64,000 bases of DNA from a virus. The notes beneath the pieces are model-generated. The model saw only the letters and a list, made by a program, of their open reading frames with translations. It did no database searches and had not been told where the DNA came from. Within the stretch, counting starts at the first letter, position 1, and every line of letters starts with the position of its first letter. The DNA is taken from the IMG/VR virus record IMGVR_UViG_3300045988_125651. One strand, 5' to 3'. Positions 19,335 through 31,300 of this stretch are shown one piece after another. The position numbers were made by a program, and so were the translations under genes.

Positions 19335-22300
19335 TTATTCTATCCTATCCAAATCTTCTACAGCCTCCTGCATCTTTCTATTTATCGCCTCATTCACCGC
19401 CTCAACAACGGCCTTATCTTTAGCTCTTTTCAGAATCCTGCGCTTGGCAGCAATGTATCTATCAGCAGCCTCATATATCTTCAGCTTTCTTCCGTCCTTG
19501 CTCTGCGAGAGCTTGAACTTAGTTGCCGCATTATGAATATTCTTAGCAGTATCTGGTGTATTCGTCTTCATCTGCTGCATATTGTATTTCAGCCGTTCAA
19601 GTTCGTCAGCGTAGTTATACCACTTGGATTTAGTCCTCTGCATGTCATTACCCTCCTTCGGAGTATAGTTGAACACTCTATAGAATGGAATAGTATTCGG
19701 GTCTACTTTATCCCATTCCTTATTAAAGCCTTCTGCAAAGCCTTTATCATCCTTGATGCCCGACACGACACCCTTCGCAAACGACTTGCCTGTTTGATAC
19801 ATTCTACCAATCGTGGCACCAGTTCCACCAGTATAACCCTCGACGATATGCTGCAATCCATAAGGAGCAGTAAAGAAGTCTACAGCATCAGCCATCATAC
19901 CACTACCTTTCAAGTCCTCGTTCGTGCTGTCGATACCGTTGAAAGTCTTGTTAGCCCACTTATTGATGGTCATGTACACATCGTTCGTGCTGTCATAGGC
20001 GCGCTTCCATCTTGGAGCCTTGTCAAGATAATCTTTGTCACGGTATATTGGTCTGCCCGTCCAATCTCTGTTGAAAGCAAGTTCAAATTCTGGCTTCGCT
20101 ATTGTCGGAATCACAGAGAGAGCAACATCTTCGCCCAACTCTTTTATTCCGCTCGATGGAGAATGATGTCCCAGGAAGTCTGAGGCAGGAACAAGCTGTG
20201 CCATCTGTCCGATAATGTCCCATCCTATTTGAACGTCACTCTTTAGGCTTTCGTCAACGACATACCCGGCTGCAATATCACCCAAGCCATAGAATGCTCT
20301 AAGCTCTATACCCATAGGTATAGTCTTGAACTTACCGCCTCCCCAATATATACATATATTATTGCGACGTTTCCATTCTGGCAATTCCGCGTATGGATTC
20401 TTTACGCCATTGCGTTTTTTCTCGTCCTCTCTACCAATACGCCATAGATTGAATAATGCAACAGCAAGACTCAGTCCAAAAGGCATTGCGCCAAAAGCAA
20501 TCGCGGTTGTTTTTGTATTATTGTAAAGATTCTTGGCAAAAAGGTTTGCACCCTGCACACCTGCATTATAGAACATAGTGTGATTCTTCATCCAACTGTT
20601 GAACCATCCTACAGGCTTTCTGAATGCAGTATCCGTCTTTCCATCATACCCTGTCTTCAAGCTCTTTATTGCATCGCCCGAACCATGACGGTTGAAGTTT
20701 GAAGAAACCTCCTTAGCGTCATAGATACTCTTGCCTATGCTTCTACCGCGCTTTCTTGATACACAGTAAGTGGAGTAGCGAGCTACGTTTTCTACAACCT
20801 CATTCGCCAATTCGATGAACGCACCGCCTTCTTTCAGCTTTTTCATAAGCCATCGGTCGCCTTCTTTATTTCCTGTCTTTACAAGGTTCTCATATTCTTT
20901 TATTATGTCCTCGTATTTCTTTAACGAAACAAAACCTGTCTCACCGCCATTGTCCATGAACTCCTTAAACCAACGTTCTTTCTGATTGTTTGCATCCAAG
21001 CGTCCATCCTTGTAGCGTCTGAACATTCCAAGATAACCGCCATCAAAGCCGCCATCCTTTCGTCTTACCATAGACCCCCAGTTTTTCGCATACTCCATGC
21101 AGAAGTCCCAAGTATAACCCATTCCTTCCTTTACCACCAAGTTTGCCGACCCAGCGGTCAGGTCTCGTACAAGGTTTGAAGACACAAAGTCCGGATTAAG
21201 CGAAGTGTTCAACTGGGCGCAATATCTGTTCAGTTTTGCCGACTGTTCCGTTGCCCAATGTTGTGTGCCCGAGTCTCTGAGCAATCCATTAATAGCTTGT
21301 GCTGCTCTTGGGTTTCCCTGGCAAACAAATCTGCGCACTCTGCCGTTCACGTATACATTAACTATATGTTGGTTCATGTCGCTGCTGCGCTCAAACTTAT
21401 AGCCAATGTCGCTTTTCCTTCTCGCTATCTTTGCCTCGCCATGAGCTTGCTTTGCCTTCATGGTGTCCTCAAAGGTGTTCAATATATCGTTGATCTGCTC
21501 TTGGGTTGAGTTTTCGGGAATGTTCGGCATTACTTCCTCCCATACCTCATTACCGTCAACGGTATGCTTCTCCACCCAAGGCTGAATCTCCACGAATATT
21601 CTATCCTTAGCGTCCCCCTTCTCATAGGCTTCCACAAAGCGCATGAAGTGTTGTTTCTCCACATTCTTGCCACCGTTCAATATGGACGATTTTGCCAAGG
21701 CTGATATTTGTGCCAATACGTTCACGTCACTAAGGCTCTCACGTCCTCTTGCCTTTTCAATCACAGAACCTATGTAGTTCTTTGTGTCGCTACCCGATAT
21801 GTAGCCGTACACATCTTCGGCAACTGTATCGTCGAATTTTCTTAATGGAACATACCAGTCGAACATTTCTTTCAAATGGTCTCTTCCGTTTTTATCCATG
21901 AATCCGTTGGCATACACTTGGTCTATAGTGAAGTCGGTAGCTTTCTTCTTGGCATCCCAAAAGCTCTTCACCAAGTCTGCCCCAAGCTGGCTTTCCGTGC
22001 TCATCACCTCGTCTATAACGTTGGCATCGTCATACTCCTCGCCTTTCTTCACGTCATAGATTCCGTGCATACCCGAATAGTCATGCTCCTCAGCCTTGAA
22101 GTCCTTGTCCAAGTTCTGCACAATCCACTCGTCCATCTGACGATAATACTCTCTCAAGTCTATCTGTCCAGAGTCAAGCTTCTGTCTAAGGTCGCTTCTC
22201 TCGCCCTTCCAAGCAGTCTCCAAAGCATCAATACTATCGGATTCTTCACTCTTCACTTTTCGTTCTTCCCTTATCTTGTCTCTTACGAATAGTACTCTGT

Positions 22301-25300
22301 TTCTCTCCAAACCATGCTTCTTTATAAAGTATAGATTGGCGTTTCGTGTCTGCTCTGCTCCGTCCTTGCCGGGCATTGCCGACACCACTTTCTTGAAGGC
22401 GTCACCTAATGGCTCGGTGTATTCTCTGTCGTATCTCTCGCACATCTGCATAACCATACTGCCCATTCTGTTATGGCATTGCAATGGATTGAAGGCCGAA
22501 GGAATATCTGCATAAGCATCCTTCACACCCGAGATTATCTGCATGGCTTCCTGCAAAGACTGCATATCGTCCACGGTACTCTCCTTGAATGCGTACCATT
22601 TTGTGCTCAATCGTCTGTTGTATTCCTCAATTTTCGATGCTGTCATTGGCGAGGTTCTATAGTGTACATGTCCGTCTGTAGCCTCGTCAAAATCTTTCTT
22701 GTTAAGGTCCAACAGCCCATGCTTCTTGCCGTTGTTGTCGTACATCATACCGTTCTCTTCTACAACGGATAATGTCTTCTCATGCTCTATCTTCCACCTC
22801 ACAGCCTCAGCTCTCATCTTCCACAGCGGACTGTCTCCATGCTTCTGCACGTTCTTCGCAAGCCACAGCATATACTTCACGTCCTTCACGTTAGGCGAAA
22901 CTCTGTAGCCTATCTCATGCAGGGCATCTGTCACCTTATTCTTAATGTAGTTCCAGAATCCAGGCTCACCCTTTCCGTCCTCTGCGCTCTTGGCGATAAA
23001 CTCCTCAATAGCGTCATAGAATCCAAGGTGATTCATGTTCATCTTTTCCTTCACATAAGCTCTCAGCTCAGCATTGATAGGGTTATCCAAGTCCATCCAA
23101 AGACTTCTCATGTAGTCATTGAATTTATCTCCAAGCAGCCCTCTCATGCCCTTGTGTCCTACGGTCTCGTGCCATACGGTTTTCTCCGCGGTATACGAGT
23201 CATGGATATTAGGCATATACAGATGCACTTCGCCCGTCTTCTCGTCATACCAGCCAGTCACCTGCTTGCCGTTCTCTATGTCCTTGCGCACCTTCGGGTT
23301 CTCAATCTCCTCAACCGAGTTCACCATCTTCACCTTGCCTCCAGTTCTCTTGGCAACCTTCTCCACGGTCTTGATGATACGCTCGCTCACAGCATTCGAA
23401 GTCCCCGAAGTCTTCTCAGGTGTTACAACACCATCGCCTTCTTTTCTAAAGAAAGTCTCCCCATCTGTTAAATTTTTACTCTCATCAAGCAATTTTTTGC
23501 CCGAATCGTAGGATTTCTCAACTCCTTGCAGTAACTTTGCGGTTGAAATATAACCGTTGGTTGTACTGTTCAAAGGGAGACTGTCGGATTCGTTCGCTTT
23601 CTCGGAACCTTCCGACGTTATATTTTTAGAGTTGCTTGGTGTCGTGTCCAAAGGGGAACTGTCGGGTAACACCGCTGTGCCAGGAGCGTCAGGCAGCTCT
23701 ATCTTATTATCAATAGAGTTGTTTGATGCATCCGAAGGTGGTCTGTCGGGATTTTCTCGCTTTCCAGGGGAGTCAAGCAGCTCTATTTTTGTTACCTCAT
23801 AGCTGTGAGGTTTGTTTTCTTCTCCTCCTCTGAACTCTTGCATAGTAGTCTTCACACGGTATATCTTACCGTCCATCTCTACTGCGCCATAAAGTCTATG
23901 TACAAGGATATTGTTTCCATATCCAAGCTCGGCTTTTCTTTTTCCGGTTTCGTCCTTTACGTTATAATCCGCGTGAATCTCAGCCTCGATGCTCTCATGG
24001 ATAACATCTGTAAGTTTGGGAAGTACCGAAAGATGAATGTCAAGATTCTCACTTTTACGAACAGCACTTTCTGAAAGATATTTTTCAACAGCCCTTTTGC
24101 TGATTGTATAAGATGTACCATCGCGCATAATAGGCATTTCTGTCTTTCCCGTTGTTACAAGGTTTTCTTTTGCCCATTCTCTGGCATTTTTTAAAGAAGT
24201 TTCAATATTGTCACCAAAGGGAGATTTCTCAACCTCTACCACCTTCACCTTCTCCTTATTCAGATTAGGCATAACGATTCCTTTCTCCTCCACAGCTCTG
24301 TCTCTCACAGCGTCAAAGTGTTCCTTGCTGTCTGAGAAGGTATCGCCAAGCTCCATGCGGTAATGGGCATTTGCCTTTCCATACACCTCTGCAGCATGCT
24401 CCATTCTGTACATCACACCCTTGCCATCGTTCTGTTTCTTCAAGTATCGTTGCATTTCCTCCTCGGTCATGCCAGCCAACTTGCAAGTCAGTTTCTTTAG
24501 CTCCGCAATCACAGCCTGGCTTGTCTCGTCTCTCGTATAACGCTCATACTCCTCAAATCTCTCGTATGTACCCGAAAGAATACTCTTTCTCTGCTCAGCG
24601 TTATATTCACCCAAGTCAAACATAATAGAGTAATCGTTGCGGTCTCCTCTCACATGCACATTAATACCATGCTCGTTCAAGTTCACCGTCACGTCTTTCA
24701 GTTCCTTCAAGTCCTTGGCTGTCTGCTTGCTCTTCTTCTGCATTATCGTATTGGTGTCGATAATGCGGTCAGGCATTTCTATATCGCGCAAATCCTCAAA
24801 GAAATCCTCTATCTTATCGTAGTGACCACCCAAGTTCACTTTCTCTACGCTGCCAGCCTTGGCTCGCATAGCCTCGTTGCTTATCTTGTCCACTACTACC
24901 ACACGGCATACTACATTGGTACCTGCCTGTTTGAACACGATGTCTGGCAACTCCACCTCGGCACGCATTACGGCTGTCTTCTCACCATTAATCCACTTCT
25001 CAAACTTCTTGTCCGTTGAACCTCTCGGTATAATAGCTACCACACGACCGCCTTCCTCCAAGTGTTTGAATGCCTTACCCAAGTGGGCAATGGCTGTCGC
25101 TCCTGCCGTACCAAACGGTGGGTTCATTACTACAACATCATGCTTGTTGCTGATGTCGTAGTTCTCGAATATGGTGTTCACGAACTTTCTACCCAGTCCA
25201 CCTGCCTTCAACTGCAACTTGGCAAACAGACTCTGACTTGGTTCTATTGCCACCATCTGATTGCCCTTTGGAGCATATCGTGCTATCGCTCCATGTCCGG

Positions 25301-28300
25301 CACTCGGCTCCATTACGGTGTCACCCTCGCCCATGTTCGCCCATTCCATCATCTTATAGCCTAATGGTTCAGGTGTTGGGAAGTAGTCTACACCCTCTCT
25401 GTTGCGGGAGTTCAACTTCTGGTTCGAGTAGTAGTCAAGCACTGCATTGTCAAATCCGTCCGTGCTTTGGTCTTTAGGCGCGTCAAATTCCTTGCCTCCT
25501 ACTCCTTGTTGATCGATAGGCACCACTCCGCTATGCTCCAATATACCGTTGGCGAAACTGTCTCTCAAACTTCTTGCCTGACTTCCAAGCGCAAGGTTCT
25601 CAGTTGTCGATACCTGGTTGTTGAACTTCTGTCCGAACAGCATCATTTCTGAGTTCAGTCCCAATATCGGGTACTCAAATATGGCGTTGCTCTTGTTACC
25701 GATACGGTAGGTTCGTCCCTCTATCTGCAAGGCTGTGATAGGACTCTGAGGCAGAGCCAATGTTATGCACACTCGCTGATGCTCGCCCGTCTTGTCATGC
25801 AGGGAGATTCCCTCCTTGCCGCTCGCCTCCTGTATCACGATGATGTTCTTGCCGCTGTTGTCGTCGTTGAAGATGTCCACAGCCTTGTCCTTCACCTTAG
25901 AGCTTTCCTTTCCGCTGAAGAACAGCACATTGTCCTTGCCGAACACCTTGGCTATCTGCTCACGAGGCATACTGTAGTCAAGGGTCTGCTCCCACTTCAG
26001 CAAGTCGGCATACTTCTTTCTGAAATCTCTTACAGCCTGCGCAGCCTCCTTCTTATCCTTGCCTTCGCTCATTATCGAAACCAAGTGGTTGGCTTGCTCC
26101 AACATCAAGGCGAACGGCGGCTTCAATGGTTCCTTAGTCTCCACGCGACGATGGAATATCACAACCTTGCGTCCTGCATCCAAATGGGCCTTTATGCGCT
26201 CGATAATGTTAGCCACCTTCATAGTCTCAAACAGCGCGCTACCATAATTGTAGTCGCCAATCGTCCTGCGGTAAGCGTCTGCCAACACTCCGTGTCCTCT
26301 TACGGCATCCTGCACAGCTTGGTTGAACTGCTCCGCATGGTCGGGCGATACCGTCGGGAAGTCTCTTGAATAGTCATACGGACTGTCTATAATGCGTCCG
26401 CTCATGGTTCCCAACGTGTCTTGCAGATAGTCAGAGAAGGCTATCTCCTGCTTGGCTACTGCCTCTGGGTTGCTTGTGCTCTGCTCCAGTCTGTTGTAAC
26501 GGAATTTGTATGCCGAACCAAAGTTGTCCAGATAGAACTGTGTGCGTCCGCTTATTCTTCCGCCCTTCTCTACTTCGGGATACTTGAAAATGTAACCCTC
26601 CACATAGTCAAGATTCTCGCGAGTGTTGAATGGTGTGGCCGAAAGGAAGATGGTCTTTGTGTCCTTCCATTCAGCTTTTGCCTGTGCCTTAAGCTTTGGC
26701 TCCACAATGCTATTGTAGTGTCTTACGGCGTTTACATATTCAGCATGTATCTTGCCAAGCTTCGGGTAGTCGGCATATTCTCTAAAGCTTTGTATATCCT
26801 TCGGCAACATTCTTCTTATGGCATAGGCCACGTCACTTGCTGTTGCGCTCGGATGGCTCACCTTATACTCTTTGCGTATACGCTCCACCTCCTTCTCGCG
26901 CTCAGCGTCAAACTGTTCGCCAAGACTCTTCATCTTCTGATAGTCCTTGTTCGTCTCCTGCAATCTCAGGAAGCAATGACGCTCGTCACGGTTCGTCACC
27001 ATGTAGTGCTGTATACTGCGTGCCGTGTCCGCGCCCTTCTTGTTCTCCATGATACGGTGGCTCTCGTCGTATATCACAGCGTCCCAGTTCTCTTCCAACA
27101 GCTTCTTGTTCACTCCGAAGTTGGCGAATGTGGTGATCACCACGCCCTCGCCGCTTTCCGTCGTAGCCGTTGTGCCACGCTCCTTGGCTATGCTGTCAAG
27201 GTCGCGAATCTCCATGTTCAGGTTGCGTCCGTCCTTTATCCAGTCGCTCACCTTCTTCTGGCTCGGGGTCACAATGAGTATTCGTCCCTTGCCCTGCTTC
27301 ACAAGTCGCTTGGCAATGCCAAGTCCCGTAAACGTCTTGCCCGTCCCCGTGCCATTGGTGAACATGTAGCCCTTGCCGTAGGCGTGCTCTCTGTCCGCGT
27401 GCTCATTGCCGAAGAACTGTGTCTCTGCTTTCAGCACGTCCTCCTGCTGTTGGGGCAGAAGATATGGTAGGGTTTCCTCGATATTCTTCTTGTCGCCTAT
27501 CTTCACCTTGATAGGCTCGGCATCCATCTGTCTCTGATACTTATCGTTCAGAGGCTCTGAAAGCTTGTTTCTCAGCTCCTCGTTTCCGTGGATGCCTGCC
27601 CATTCGCCGATGGTATGGGTCTCACCGTCCATCTGGTAAGGAGTGTTCCAATAGTCTTCGATGAATCTGTCAACATCATCATCGCTGAGGCCTATCATCT
27701 TCAACTCCTCGCCTTCCTCGGCGCGCATAGCTGCCTTCCATTCGTTGAATTTGTAGATGCCTTCCTTTATTTTCAGCACAGCTCCATTAAGGTGCATCTT
27801 GAACAACTCGGGGAGCATTTCTATCTGCTCGGGCGAAAGATTCAGCTTCTTGAAGGGAGTCAAGGCTATCTTAACATATCCTTGCCCTGCCTTCTTCCAT
27901 CTTTCCCAAAAGTCCTTTTTCTTCTGCTCGTATTCGGCGCGCTCCTGCTTTAGTCGCTCAGATGTACTATTTGGGAAATGAGTTCCTTGCTTGGCTGCAG
28001 GCTTCCGTCCTGCATTCGGGTCAAGAGGTCCATTGCCGCCGCCTTGTCCTCCTCGCTTAGGTACATTTCCCTCATTGCCAGCTCCACCGCCTCCTCGGGT
28101 GTCAGTACTTCCGGCAGATACGGCATCCATTCCGGGTGTATTTCCTTCACCTTTGTCAACGCGCGGTTTTCCAGTAGATACAGGAGTGTCGTTCTCACCG
28201 CCCGTTCCGCTCTCTCGCTCTCCGGGTGTAGTTCGTTCGCTGTCTGTTCTATCCACTGGTCCATCAGGTCCTCCGCCTTTTCGTCCTCGTCCCAATCCCA

Positions 28301-31300
28301 ATTCTTGGCTGCCTCCAGTATTGGGAACATCCAGCTGTGTTCCGTCTTTTGTTCCGCTATTATCGGGAACATTCTCATGTCTACTTCTAACATCGTTCCA
28401 AATTTTAAAGTAAGAAATTGCGTTAATTATATTGCCCTTGTCGCCACGCAAGTATGCGAGTGCGGCAGGTATCAACTCTCTGTTCTCCTTAGAAGTCAGC
28501 TCGTTTATCTCTGTTTCCGTAAGAGGATTCTTCGACGACACGGCTTCTCGTTCCTCCAAGTCCATCTGTTCCCAAGGCTTGTTTACCTTCTCGGCTTCTG
28601 CCTTGCCTACTTCCTTGCCAAGAATCTTTCCTAACTCTCGACCGATAATTCTGCGTCGCTCCACTAAGCCGATACCGTTTCCTCTCAGCTTAGTTTCCAT
28701 CGCCTGTTTCATCTTCTCTGTAGCACGCTTAATATCAGAAGCGTCGCCGCTCTCCTTGGCAGCAGTCAGTTCCTTACGCGCCTTCTGTATCTGCTCGTCC
28801 TTGAACATTTCTGCAGTATGCGCCAACCAAGCCAACGGATTTGTCTTTGGGGGTTCCTCACCCTCAACCTTAGTATCGGATTTTTCACTTTTCTCTTTTC
28901 CCTTTTCACTCTTCAAGGGGTTCGCTCCCTTAGCCCAGTCTGCCAGCACCTTGTCTGCCACATCGCTACCCCTAATCTCACCCTCAGTCAAAGGATGGTC
29001 TTTCTTGTAGTTCTCCGCAGCTTTCACTATCGGATTAAGCGTATTCTCTTCTTTCTTAGGAAGGATTGAAAGCGGTTCTTTATTCAGTTCTTCTTTTTCT
29101 GTATATTCGTTGTATCTCTCGCCTTCCTCTATTACGGATTTAATAATACGTGCCGCATCTGCCACATTATCCAATGTAATTTGTGGCAGCTTTGCAATAG
29201 GGTCGTTTTCTTTAATCTGGCTTATATTACGGTAGTCATTATCCAATGCCTTCAACTGGGCATACCAAGGGCTGTTCTTGTCGGCATATATCCAGCCGTC
29301 TCCGTTTTCACCGTAAGAAAGATGGACTCCTTCAAGTCCTGCATCTTTCAATGCAGAATCTAAGGCACTCTCGATAGTCTTAATAACTTCCGTTAAAGGT
29401 TTTATGAGTGCCTTATTAACATTATAGCTTTTATCGTTTTTCTTTGTATTCTTACAAATTGACAAATAAGACGAAAGATAGCCATGGCCAAGTGGGCTCG
29501 CAAGGATAGCTTCCACCAAATCTTTCTGTGCGTTCTTTATACGCTTCTTATCGCCACTCTCAACGGCTTCTTTCAAAGCCTTAGCAACAGGCGAAACCTG
29601 TTTCAAACCTTGGTCGCGAGACTCTATGTAAGCCTTGAATTTATTTTGAGGCGCAAGGTCTCCTTCTATTTCTTTCGTTCTTGGAAGTTCACCTTCTCTT
29701 TCCTCTCCCTTCGGCTTAGTCGGCTCCACAGGCTCCACAGGCTCAGTAAGGGCCAGTGAGGCCTCGTGAGGCTTATCACTTTTCTCTTCCTCAGCCTTGT
29801 CTACTTCTCGCTGTCCTTCTGTTGGTTCGTCTCCTCCTGGTGCTTGCGGTTCAGTTCCCTCAGAGCTGCCAGCATCGCCATTTCCTTCTTTGCTTGAATG
29901 TCTTGTTTCATAGTCTTTCCAGTTTCTAAGTTTCAAAAATTCCTTTATAAACTCTTCATTCGTAGGTCTCTCGCCGAACATTTCCATCTGGTTGGCATCT
30001 GCATAAGGAGCAGCATTTCTGTTATACGCCATCATCAGCTCACGGAAGTCCTCAGCCTTACCCTCCAGAGCAAGAGCAATAGCCTGCGAGATAGGGTCAA
30101 ATCTGTCAGCTGCGTTCTCGCCAAACATAGCAGGAGTGCGCAAGTATGCGTCCACACCGCTTCCGCCTTGACGAGCTTCGTACAGCAACTGCACTGCCTG
30201 GTCTATCTCCTTCATCAGAGCATAGTCGCCAAGTTTCATATTGTCCGTCACAGCACGGATGCCGTTCAGAGCCTTGGTTTTCAGCATAGCGTCAGCGCCC
30301 ATCATGCGGATGGTGTTCTCCGAGAACACACTGCCCAATAGCAGGTTCTTCACGAAGTCCTTGCCTGCTGCCGAAAGCTTGTCCTCGCCCTCACGCAATC
30401 CCGCTATCTCGTTCAGACCAATCACGCCCTTATCAATTAAACGCTTTAGCAACGAGTTTATTGCAGTAGGATTGTTAAAGAATGCGTCAAGACTACCGCT
30501 TCCCTCTATCTCTGATATAATAGTGCCTATCTCGTCTGCAGAAAGCTTCTTCGAGTTCGCCACTGCCTGCTGAGTATTGCCCTGCGATTTCTTCTCGTTC
30601 TTGTTGAACTTGGCAAAGGTTGCCGTGTCATACTTCATCGGCTCGTCACTCACAAGCACAAGGCGCGGATGCTTTATACCACTCTGCTCAATCTGCTCTG
30701 CGGTGAAGCCGTAATTCTCTGCATTCTCCTTCAATGCTTCAAGATAAGCACTGTCGGTACCGTTCTTTGCTGCCTTCTGTCCCGCCATCGTTCTGCCGTT
30801 ACCGTCAACAACAATGCCGTCAGATGTCACAACCGGAACCTGGTCTACTGCCTGTCCGTCATACTTCATGGCTATCATATCCGTTACCATCTGAGCCTGC
30901 TTGTCATTCTCATAGTCACGGTCATTGATAGTCCTGCCTTCTTCGTTCACGGGGAAACCCTCACTCTTCTTATATCCGTCGTTGGCATTATGCGAAGGTG
31001 TCAGACTGTCTGCTTCAACAATCTCATAGTGTCCTCTTAGCTTGCTTCCGTCAGCCAATGTACGTGTACGCTTGTTGCCCACAATACGCTTACCGCTTTC
31101 AAACTTCTCACGAACAGCGCCTAAATTACCTGCTTCACTTACCGAACCTTCTTCACCTACACTACCTACCTTCTCCATTCCAGCCTTAACCTTATTCGCG
31201 GTCATTACCTTCTTGATATTGGTATATAGCTCCAGCTCTGCTTTGGCGGCATCAACTGCCTTCGCCTTCTGAGCCTCAGCTTCCTTGGCGTCGTTCAAGT

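Noticed and set aside
23154-23171. Calling a zincin metallopeptidase from HETVGH
   Set aside because: The spacing is HExxxH rather than the canonical HExxH. I kept it only as a low-confidence note.
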